This document shows positions 38,336 through 50,300 of a stretch of 64,000 bases of DNA, piece by piece. The DNA is from Ancylonema sp. Taxonomy: Eukaryota. Location: contig JBFLGF010000107.1 in the NCBI GenBank assembly GCA_050230475.1, forward strand, positions 1-64,000, given 5' to 3'. The notes under the pieces were generated by a model. The model ran no database searches, was not told the origin of the DNA, and saw nothing but the letters and a program-made list of their open reading frames with translations. Numbering within the stretch: the stretch's first letter is position 1; every line of letters begins with the position of its first letter. The position numbers and the translations under genes were made by a program.

Positions 38336-38944
38336 GCGCCACAGCGCTCTCTAGCAGGTCTCTCGGGCACCAGTAACACCTGCAGCAGCACGTCAAAGGA
38401 AAAGGTCGATCCACTGTGACTCGCGTCCGCTCTGCGATGATCTCATCACCACCACATCTAGCAAATGCAATTATACTTGTGCGTTCCAACACATACGTGC
38501 CTTGAGGCTAGTGCGCACGCATAATGTAGTCAGTGAAGAGAAGCGGGTGTCATGGCCTCGTCGTCAATCCGTCCCATCACCCGTGAGAAGATCAAGACGG
38601 AGGGCACACCTTCATGAAGGACACGAGAAAACCGTCTCCATGTTCCGTCGACTATCGCCACGGTGATCTGGAAAAATTCATGTCGGTGTTGTCGTATGTA
38701 GGCGGTGCATAAGTAGAAACCTTACAAATTGAGATCACACGATTATTCGTACTTTGTCTGAATACGCATTCTGTCTGCTGAACCCTAGAGTCTCACCAAT
38801 GCATGGTTGGGTTGAGAAGGCTTAAGAAACCCCCCGCATATATTTTAGAACTTCGTATCTTCAAAACATTACAGTGCAACCTGCCCTAATTGACACTGTG
38901 ATAATTAATATCCTGTCCTAAGAGCATAGCTTATGGGAGTGAGG

Positions 38945-39280
38945 TAGGGTTGGTGACAACGCATTTTCGGCTCGCGGTAGGGGGTTTCTACCCGGTATCT
39001 ACCCCCTACCGCTTTCCTACCGATTTTGCCCAGCCCGGTTTGGCATCGGTAAGGAGTAGGGCGGCGGTAGGCGATAGGAAATTCGGTAGGGAGACAGTAG
39101 GGAGCGGTAGGAAAGGGTAAAGATTATATTTTCACAGATGAAATCAAATGTTAAAGGTGCAACCAAAACAAAAAAAAACTTGGACTGGTCACATGACATA
39201 AACAAACGGGCATCATTGTCCTTAGCTTCTTGTTATGTTTATTTGTAAGCTTTTAATGAATATGTGAAACCAAAATACCG
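38945..39280 (-). mobile_element. Terminal fragment of the 32086-34001 family
   Basis: tagggttggtgacaacgcattttcggctc... is the reverse complement of the ~33974-34001 end and continues into the ~32810-33082 part. Confidence 0.8.
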
Positions 39281-40884
39281 CACCCTCCATGGGCCTTTAG
39301 TCACTTTAGTTCCCGATTTTTTATCTTGTTTGGGGCTATATCTTTTTCTAGAGGGTTAATGGCATTTTCTCTTAAATAATTTTGGGGCTTCATCTAATAG
39401 TAAGGTATCTCACCTTACAAACAGAGGTAGGTTGATATTGACGATGATATTTCATTGTCGTTGGAACGAATATTTGGATCATGTTTAAAATGATACAATC
39501 GAGTGTTTGCAAATACTGTTGTATGTGTAAGGAGAAAACATGTTTCGGTTACGGTGTTTTAGTAAGAAAAACCACGCTTTTAAACGAACGAGGTTCAACG
39601 CATGCATGACACAACCATCTCTAAGCACGGCTCGCTGCTTTGAGCCGGTTACGGATGGCAAAACGGACTTCTGGTGCTCTACCGGTGGGAGTCCGGAAAT
39701 CCAGAAATTATGCATCGTTTTTTGGATGTAGGTTGGGGGATATTAAGGATGAGAAGGGGCAGATGAATGTAATTAGAGGCTTATGAAGGATAAAATCCAA
39801 TTTCGAAGGGATTTTAGGAGCTGATAATGTCGGGCCCGAAAAAAAAGAGGTTACTAGTTAACGCATCAGATTTTGAGCGGAAGATTGCATATCAAATAAG
39901 AAAGGCTATTATTTAACACAGTATCACTCAGAACGGGCTTCAGTGTACAAAGTGGGGCAATGGTAGATAATTAATCGTTTGGAAAGGGGTGGGCAGAATG
40001 TTGGGGCGTGAGTATTAATTTGCAAGGGATTGGGGGTGGGCGGATTGCTAGGGCATCGATGTATTGAATCCATTTGGGATTTGCTAGGGCATTACATATA
40101 GCGGGTACGGGTATAGTTATCGGTGCAAGAACTCCTTATATAGTGACTCGTTACTAGTATATACACTCAAACTCCGATATAAGAAACCCAAAAATGTTGG
40201 GGAAAACGTTTCTTATAGCGAATATTTTTTATATTGTGAGTAAGAAACTTTATATGGGAGACCTCACGAAGACGTTTTCTTATATAATGAGGGTTGGACA
40301 CGTGGATCCATGGCATCAAATATTTGAGCGTGCGTTATTTTTGTTGTATATGTGGACAACAAATACGTGCAATACCTGAATCGGAGGACCTAAGAAGACT
40401 TCGTGATAATATTTGCACTCATGTTCTACGCGCATATTACTCAATACACACGGTTGTGATAAAATATGTGAGGAAATCAATATACGAAGTATCTATGGAT
40501 GAAGGATATATTGTAGGAATGATTATTTTGAAAGGGGTTGTACTACGAAGACATACGGACAACGTCCTTTTCCGGGTGGTCGACTCGACTTGGCTCACAA
40601 ATTCTCATACGAAATCCCCATAGTGATTTTCTTGAGGATTCGGCCACCAAATCACTCCGACGATTTGCAAAATGGATTTTCAAATCACTTTGGTTCCGAT
40701 AAGCAGCGATTTCAAGACTTATTTTCATGTTGATTGGAGATTCGATTAATTTAGGGGGTCTCCCGAACCAAAGTGGACGAATCCTCATTCCCATACGCTA
40801 TGCTCTAAGTAATAGTATTTTTTCCGCCCGACTTCGAGATATCACTCAAAAACTGATGTGTTAATTAATAACGTGTTATAATTG

Positions 40885-41250
40885 ATATTATTTTTCGGTC
40901 CCGACAATATAAATTAAGACAATGTTAACTCTAGTTTGTTTTATCTCAAGACAAAAGACGTACAATAGTTGGCCGCGCACCGTGCGTGACATTTGTGCAC
41001 GAGTGCCGTACCAGTGCGGCACACGCACTGGTACGTGAGATCGCCTAACTGTCTTTCGAACGTCAAGATTTGACTAAGTAGTGAGTATAGTACACAACAC
41101 GTCGTACGGAGTAATTCTTCTAGCCCTAAGTAGAAGAGAATGCGTGTACTTGTTAACCGGCACACCAACCGACGACTTCACGATTTTGAAAACTTTCCAT
41201 GAAGTTCGTACACCCCAAGGGGCCCGAGGGTGTAGGAAAATCCTTCACCC
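40885..41250 (+). repeat. Dispersed repeat (second copy at ~43770-44118, interrupted there by a hAT element)
   Basis: Shared blocks cggtcccgac, gcgcaccgtgcg, atttgactaagtagtgagta, taaccgg..caccaa. Confidence 0.7.
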
Positions 41251-42950
41251 CGATGGGGGGGTGGGCATTTTTGTAGGGAGTTCCTACGTACATGACCGAG
41301 AGATTGGAGATGCGGTAGGACAGCTATGATCTGCCGATTTTCATTGCAGTTTATGTGCTCAACCCTCCATGACGCCTAAACTTTATCAGCCCCGAATGTT
41401 TGATGATGTCGTGGGCAAACAATTTGCTACTTCTTCAGAAGCTCTTCACTAGATTCTTTGGCGGATAATCAACCACCCTTCATGACGCCTTCCTCTACGT
41501 GGAGGCTACCAGTCCACCCTTTCTACCAGGTTTGCACATTTGAATACAACATACCCTTCCATGAGACAAACAAACACGTGACAAATGCAAGATCGATGAC
41601 ATGTGTAGAATTGATGGACCAAGCGAAGAAGGACACGCGCAATCCCGATCGGTTGTGGCGGTTTGCTGCCACTGACGTACGGACATCAAATTTCTCCAAA
41701 ATCACACTTCGGGTTTTCAAATTCGAGGTGAATGCAACGTGCGACGAACGCTTCTCCTCTCAATTTGGAATCGCCCATTCAAAACTTTGAAACAAAGTGT
41801 ATAATGAGAGGGTCACAAAGTTAGTTCAAGTGAAGGCGATGCTACACGGCCCTCCCAGTCCACGGAAGAAGCACCGGGTGCATAACTCGGAGTCGGTGGT
41901 GGAAACGGCGGTGGATATGACGGCGGGGTCATCATCGGCTACGGCGGAGGTGGCGTCATTGGATTAACCCGAGAAGGAAAATGCGAATTTGGGTGTTGCA
42001 GAAGGCGATCCAGAATCGCATGTGCCCCCTTGGTCGTCGAAGACCAAGACGGGTTTGATGATGTGGTGAACGAGTTGTTTCATAAGCATGAGTTAGAAGG
42101 GATAGAGGACATAGTTTTCGAAACGAGCGTACCGAATGTTTCACAAGTGATTAAAAAGACGAAGTTGTCAAAAATATTTGGGCCGAAGTAGGTCTTGAAT
42201 GACAATAACGTGGACACAATATAGAGACAAGAGTATGTGAGTAAACATGGTGCTATAATACTTCAGCCCTAGTTCAGTGTTTAATCGAATGCCTTGTGTG
42301 GTTCAAAAGTCGTTGTTTGAGGAGCCGGAGTCTATCGATTATTAAGAAATTGCAATTGTGGGATATTTCTATGCACTCGAGAACAAGGGTGCATGGGTTT
42401 GCAAGATGGTCTAACACGTTTAGAATGTATGTTAAACGTCAATTTCACGAGTTTTTTGTTAGTTTTACACGGTCTTATAAAGACCGAGATTCATTTGATT
42501 TTGAGGATAAGATACATCATGAAAGCAAGATTATTTGTGATGTCCTTTCAATCATGGTCTACGAACATTGTGATGCCTTTCATCATTATTCATCCACATC
42601 GTGAAATTGCAATAAGAAATAGTGGTTATGGCTACGCATTGTAGACATCGTTTTCATAAAACATGTATGTGCAAACAAAGATGTATGAAGAGATAATGTA
42701 CACTGACAACTACCACGAACTCACACATATCAATGAACGATTCGAAGATCAACATATATGCTTTTGTATGAAACGCCATTTTTCCTTCATAATTGACTAT
42801 CTTTAAGGTCGCCAATGAGTTCAATTGTATAATTTCGCACCCAGAACACCTCTTTTGTGGACTACTAAGAAAATAAGGTTTTTAAGATTTTGAGTTTTCA
42901 GGGTTATCAATGGACCAGGGGAATTTTAAAGCCTCAAAAACCCAACCCTA

Positions 42951-43576
42951 CCCCGCATTACTCACTAAATAAATCCTGTTTTTTTGCTTCGGTTTTTTTT
43001 TTTTTTTTTTTTTTTCGTTTTTTTTTCGATTTGTTCATTTCATTTAAACCGCCACCCCCCTCTCCACCCCCACATTTTAACCCTTCATTTGTACAAATAG
43101 TGTGTACGGATACGAATACCGTGCATTATTAACAACTACGTCGGTGGGACCGGGGAAAAACTATTTATTATCACGTTTTATCACGTTCACCTTCACAACG
43201 TTTTTACTCTTTTTTTTTTTCGCTTTTACAGTAAAACCTTTCTTAATTAATACTGTTTCTATTCATAACGTGTCTTAATTGATAAAATTTTACGGTCCCG
43301 ACCTTGGGCGAGTGTAATTATTACCAAACCTCGCAAACGTGATAACTAATGTTTTTTCCCGGTCCCGCCTATATGCTGATGAACGTGCTAATTAAAAATG
43401 CACGGAATCCGTACGTATCCGTACACAATATTTGTACGAATAAGGGATTACAAATGTGGGATGTGAGGAAGGAAAAAAAACAACTGGAAAAAAAACCGAA
43501 TTCTTAAAAAAAAAGGTATGAAGGGGTCAAGGTTCCCTTCAGGGTTCTAAAGGTTATTTTTTGGAGTAATGCGGGG
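42951..43576. mobile_element. Foldback MITE with long imperfect TIRs and TA target duplication (Tc1/mariner-like)
   Basis: ta|ccccgcattactc...gagtaatgcgggg|ta; inner arms also pair (43067-43131 with 43392-43460; 43143-43178 with 43335-43368). Confidence 0.7.
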
Positions 43577-44118
43577 TACAAATATGGAGGGTTGGCTCAT
43601 GTTTGAACTACGTTTATGTTATTATAATTACGATTATGACTACGTGAAAATTCACGTTTGGGTTGATTCCGACGTGGATATGAGCCCGTTGCCCCTTGTA
43701 TTCACATAGAAGCTAGTTTTAGGTCATTTGGAATCAATCATGTTTTGGGTAATAACCTGTCTTAATCAATAATATTTTCCGGTCCCGACATTGTTAATTA
43801 AGAGAAGTTTTATTGTAACATGGTTTTTTCCATAACACAAGGAAAGCAACAATTAGTGAGACAGGTTATGACTTATGACAATAGATGGGCGCGCACCGTG
43901 CGCAAGATTTGCGCACGCGTGCGGCACGCGTGCTGCACCGGGACAATTTCAGTAATCGATGTCGGACGTCGAAATTTGACTAAGTAGTGAGTACTGGCCA
44001 TTTTGCACCGTAAGTAGTTCGATATAGCGTCTCAGGCCCTAAATCGAATACTGCCACGTTGTAACCGGTTCACCAAATACATTTCATGATTTTGGAAACA
44101 TCCCGGCACCCGTGGAGT

Positions 44119-45575
44119 TAGGGTTGTAAATATGACGTAATCCGGGTTTAGGGTAATGCCGTAATTTACGAAACCGTAATATCGTCATTTTACAAAACCC
44201 CATGTAATTTGACGAGGGCCTTACATGTTTCGTAATTGAAGGCGTAAGTACTTCTAGGTTTCCCCTTTCCCCCGTAATTTACGAATTACCCCTTAATATT
44301 TTTTCCCCAAAACCCTATGTAATTTGACGAGGGCCTTACAATCTATTGTAAATCGTGTAATTAACATAATAGAACTTCCGCTTTACAGTCATGACGTTTT
44401 AGTAGACGACAATGTAATGACTTCAACAACCCTTCTAGTCGCCACAAGTTTTTTTTTTCCCCCCCTTTCCAATGTCCCTGCTCCCCCAACGATATTTTCT
44501 CCCCGACGACTTTCCATGTGCGTGAGATGGAATGTGCAATCTACTGTATTCCTCGTGTAATAACATTTTCGAACTTCCGCTCTAGATACACATAGTAGAC
44601 GACAATGTAATGACGTCAACAACAATATTACTTCATAGTCGACAACATAGTCGCAATGTTGTGGTGGACAACAATGTTATGTAGGACGACGATGCCATGA
44701 AATTCGAGTGATGGAATTGCAATGACTTGGAATTCATGACATTTTCGTCTTCCAGGCTGGAAGACGAAAAGAAGACGATCCTTATAGAGATGTGTCAAAC
44801 GAACAATATTTTGTATATGTTGATGAAATCTTATTTGTTGGAAAACAAATGAAAATGAAGAGAATTAGTGTCATGAATTATTTGGAATATGTGTGATGTG
44901 TGTGTGTGTATGTGTGTGTGTGTGTGTGTGTGTGTATCCTTGAAATGAAGCAAAAATACATTTTATAAGTTGCAAAAAAAAGCTACAAATACGACAGCAA
45001 TGCAATTTGATAATAGGTTATTACATGTTGCTATAAAATGCAAAGTCAAAATTGCATTTGTAGAAGGGAAAAGGCCACAACTAGCACTAGAAGTAGGTTG
45101 AGGAAGAAATGGAATAGTGGACTTGAAGGGAGATGATGCACTAAAATATGGGTGGACATGAAAAATATGGTGTATTGATTTCAAAGGGAAGAGAAGAGAA
45201 GATACTATACGCTATTTTGGTACACATCTAGGTTATGACATCGAGAACTCCGTCCATGTTGGACAAGTAATATGCAAACTACATAGTTTTAATATTGATT
45301 AAAAAATACACAATCTACAACGGGGGGAGAAAAGGGGGAACTTTCCACACGCCTTTTTTTTTTTTTTTTTTTTTTTTCTCCCAGCAACCCCTATTGAAAT
45401 CATTTTTTTTTTATTGAAATCATTACATATTACGTGTAATCGCCATTTTGACCATGTATTACGTAATTGAGCAAATCGATGTAATTTGTAAGATTACAGT
45501 AAGATTACCGTAAAAACGGTAATTAACGTATTACGTAATGTAAAAAAAAACGTAAATGTAAAATTCACAACCCTA
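44119..45575. mobile_element. Non-autonomous hAT-like element with (ACGTAAT)-rich subtermini
   Basis: TIRs tagggttgtaaat / attcacaacccta; degenerate TSD cgtggagt/cccggggt; ends resemble those of 60427-61435. Confidence 0.7.
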
Positions 45576-45879
45576 CCCGGGGTGCAGGAAGCACCCCCCC
45601 CCCCCCCGGGGAATAATAATATTATTTTAACGCCTAAGGGCGCGACAGGGCGTGAGATTTGCGCATGCGGACGGCACGCGCGCGAAGCGCTCGCTTGCGA
45701 CATACGCGCGGGACGCGCACTCCAAAGACCCATCTATGCTTACAATGCAGTCTTTATATAGTGACACACTGTACGTAAGCGTCACGGTAACGTTCACAAT
45801 GAGGACCCTCTTCAGTTAGAAAACCTCGAAGGACGGAATTTCGACTTTTAAAAAGCAGAAAGTCGCTCTAACGATATAA

Positions 45880-46172
45880 ACATAACGACACTTTTTCTAA
45901 ATTGTCTTAAAATTTTCTTAATGAATGAATGATTTTATACTGTGTATAGAACGTTATTTCTCGGAGATAACAATATATATGTCAATCGATAAAAATATGG
46001 AATCCAAAATATATAAAATTTCGTCGACGCAAGTGATGAAAATAATGGGTAGGAGGAGGCAAACGAATATTCAACATCTCTTTCATGCAGCTTAGGGTCG
46101 AATTATGTCGACATTATTAATTTGCGTTTCCGTTTGCTATGCCAGATTGAAAATTGTTGGTGACTATCTTAT
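45880..46172 (+). repeat. Dispersed repeat (second copy ~62592-62905)
   Basis: Collinear blocks cataacgacacttt, gtatagaacgtt, cgtcgacgcaagtgatg, agggtcgaat.atgtcga, tggtgac.atctt. Confidence 0.8.
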
Positions 46173-47395
46173 GGTTTTTTTCCAATCACGAAAATGTATT
46201 GAGATATCTTGGATTATCGACGTACGTATAAGTACCGTACACTAATACGCGGCTAACAAACGCACACCTCACTACATGCTACAAGGACACATGCGAACAC
46301 GTGTGGATAGAGATCCGTCCACGCACTGTACACTATACAGTGCTTCTAAATACCTGCAATACATCAAACACACTACACTCACACGAATGCCTAGCAAGAC
46401 AAGTAGCATGCACCAATTTGGATTTACTCCCCCCCCAAACTCTCGGCGAAGCGTCCAATGCAAGAAAGCCGTTGGGTGTCTAGACGAGCTATAAGCAAAC
46501 AATCTATCGGGCAATTCGGGTCTTCCAGACAACAAGCCACGCTACGCAACGCTATGGTGCAATGCAAGACACGCATACACATGTGCGAGGTGACATAGAT
46601 TTTCCGGGAATTTGTCCATAAAAGTAACTAGTACAAGGAAAGAGTAAAAAAACAAAAGCTAGTGGAAAATATCGAAAGAGCTTTATTCGCTGTACTACTC
46701 GATGCTAGCAAGCTACCACACAGTGGAAACTACTCGACGGCGAGAGCAGTTAGAGAGACATTGAGAAGGCTCGATTGGCAAGAAACTGTTTATGGTACGA
46801 GTCTTATACATTTCGACGTGCCAGATAGGATTAATAGGGTAAAGAGCCGTTGATGACGTAATCAGTTGATGTATGCACGTCATAACGTGGTTCATCGACA
46901 TGAAGCACTGAATGTCGATATCGATGAATTTGTAACAGTACAAGGCATCTGCCCTAACTAAGCAGTTTGGCACGCTTGAATCGTGGCAGTGATCGTAAAC
47001 GATCACCGAAACATTGGCAGCACTGTAACTTGACTTGTTACTCTCTCGCTGCGGGCAAAATGTTAACGCGATAACCCTATATGAGATTTTAATGTATAGA
47101 TAATGCGATACAATAATTTAAAGCGTGGAGGCAAGCAAAAAACAAATTGGAGTTGCGAGGTTTACGTTGACAATTTGGATTTGAAATGCTTATAAAATCT
47201 GAAAAGGTTGGATTCACCCCTACTCTTAGTAGAACCGTACTGGCGGTTGATGATGTATCCGAACTCCCTTCTGCTTCCAAACGGCGGTGGAGTGGTTGTT
47301 CATGAAACACCACTTGTGCCGTAGATGAAAAGAGTGGTAGTTTGTAAGAATAATATCCGTTAACACACCATCGATAAACAAAAAAATGATTTTCG

Positions 47396-50300
47396 TCCTC
47401 CCCCGAAGTATGTGTCGAAGAGGTGTCAAAAGATGTTGATGACGGAGGTGGGTAGTTACACACCACCCGGAGTCATGGTAGGATGGGTAAGAGTAACATG
47501 TCATTCATTTACTCAACCATTTGAATTTTGTTGCTCGGATTGGGATTCTTGAAATCGACATAGAGTAAATCTTATTGTTGCTCCGTTGTAGGAGGTAGGA
47601 GGGTGTCAAAAACGTCGATATTGGGAGGATTTTGCTCTCCTTCGGAATGTGTTTTTGAATGTGTATCCATTTTTGATGGTGTAGATGGGGAATAGGAAGA
47701 CGGAAAATAATTGATGGACCAGGAAAATCGTGGATGGACGGGTTTGGTGAAACGCCCCCCTAGATCCTTAGCTCCATTGATCGTAGTCAGCAAACCACCA
47801 TACCATCGAGTGATGGTATGATCCAGCATGCGTCCCAACACGTGACAATCGCGCATGTCATTGTAGTGATCATCCGGAGTGGAGTTGATGGTAACGTCAT
47901 CAATATCAATACCCAAAAAATCATGCTCGCTCTCGCGGGTTGGGTTTGCTCCATTCGCGACGAGTCCCATGAAAGAGCATGCCGGAACCATACTTTTAGC
48001 GACCGAGTTCCGGACGCCATGTTAACACATAGTCGGCGTTGTCGCAGTAACGGGTAATTGGTGGTAATTAGTTAATTAATAGTAATTAGTAATCCGTTCT
48101 TCGCCACGTTTATTGATGCCTAAAGTATTAATGCGATCGATGATTCCATTTTGAGGACGTCGCCCGGGATCCAAGAGCGAAAATATGGCGACCCTCGAAG
48201 GCTTCTCAGGCACCGAGTTGAACAATCGGTCAGAGCCAAAAGTGTTTTACCATATAAGAGTGTCGCGGTAACTGTTGCTCCCCAAGTGAGCCACGTCGAT
48301 GAAAGTTATTTGGCCGAAAAACGAGCTGGTCACGAAGATCACCTCCTTTTCTCACATTGGAAAATCGTGGGATGTAGCGTGTTTGTAAAACATGTAAGTG
48401 GGTTTCCACTGTTGATGAGTAGGAATGTTACACATAACTTTCGCCATATTGAAAAGGGTAGCCACACGTGGTTCATGGATAGAGACCACGGGTGTGAAGT
48501 CGTGTAACAGTTGTGTATTCCAATTTCCACATACGAAATCGATAGCTTTCCATCTTTTGATAATTCGCACGACGTCCATGGTGCAAGTTTGATCAAGACG
48601 ATATGGTAGTGTCGCATCAAACCTATTGATGGCGCTTTCCGGGAGTAAGATGGTGAATAGAATGTGTAAATCCCACATTTAACGTCGGAGGAGATTATCG
48701 CCTCTGGATCATATTCTTAAACATAAACTTTCTTGATGAACTTTCTAAGAGTAACCACACGGCCCGCAAATAGTAACCACACGCGTAGGCCTTCTCGTGG
48801 AACCGTATGGCTGGGGTAAAGCACTTGAGTTTGTCGAAGAAAATGCTGGGCCAATACAAATGAAAACCAAGTTCGCCGGTCGTTTTTCTTGAGCGATTTA
48901 CGAAGTAAATCTGCACTCTTGTCGCGAAGTTCGTCTTGTAAATTCTTCATTTCTTCTGCATTGTCTTCATGGTACCGGCTTGTTGCCGACATCTAAATTA
49001 TTGACGATAGGTAATCGTGGTCCATCGGTCTCCATGGGAGAGGTGGCGCCGTAGGTAAGGTTATCGTTTGCGGACCGAGGAAGCACTATTGTTGATGTAG
49101 ACGTGCGTACTTAAGTAGGGTCGATCTCACGATCGGAGTCGTGTAGTATTCGTGAGGAAGTACCACTGCAGGCAACACGGGGGGTTATAAAATCATGTCC
49201 GCCTGATGGGTGTGCGGGGAAGTTGGGGAGAAATCGGCCATGTAAATTTGGGTTGTGATCGCCGCGTCGCCATTGACTCGGATCGGAATACTCCCGATGC
49301 AATTTCCACCTTTGTCCCAATCCGCACGGTAAAACGAATTCTTGTTCCACATGTCGATGCACCCTACGATAGTCGCAATGAGTGTCTTCTCAAAAAGAAC
49401 ATCATAGTCCATGGACGGGGAGAGATGCAATTGTGTCCACACTATGGTGGGGTTAGGATTATTTGTGCAAATAATTATTGAAATTTATCCTTTACTGTTC
49501 CGAGTGTAAGCTTGGTATCCCCCGATGCCGTTTTGTAAGGAGCACCCGGATCGAGGTCCGAATTTTTTATTCCAAAGTGCTTGCGATATGGGACACCTGC
49601 CATTGTGTTTGTGGCTCCCGAATCCAAGGTGAGCTTGAGGGATGTTGTTTTATTGATATGTAAGTTCCCATGGTTGTTGTCCACGGTTATGACTTGATAT
49701 TCTGTCACGTTTGACTCTCTAGGCGGTGGGATTTCCAGAGAGCAAACGGGTACCGTAGAACGTTGTGCCATCGACAGTTGATATTGGGCCTCCTCCAACT
49801 TGAGGATGAGGTCTTACGCCATTTGTAACGCCTTCGTGTTGGCCAAAGTAAGTCGTTGGAGATCAAGCTTCTCGCGATTGAGCTCCTCCTATAACGCTTG
49901 TGCTTGTGGAAGGGGAAGAGGTGGGGGCGGATGTGTAAAATTTTGATAGTTGAGGTTGACCGTGCCGGGTCCCAATGTAGTGGGAAGTAACGAAACCCAA
50001 GTTTCCGGCATTTTCACACTATGATCGCGACGTCGTCCATAATCCGGTCCTTCTACATCTTACCGCTCCATATCTTCATGTTAAGGAGGGTATGTAGCCG
50101 GTGGTGGAAGCTCAAGAGATGCATCTTCAAACGTATTTTTTTCAGAGGATGTTCGAGGTGGTGGGGACCTTGGTGTAGGTTGTGCAACAAAAGGGTAATC
50201 CACCACGCTCGCCGATGAATTTGGTGTTTTTTCTAGCATCTTCAATCGCCGCTACTCTCATAGAGCTTCGGGGAGTTGTCATCATTTAAAAAGATAAAAA

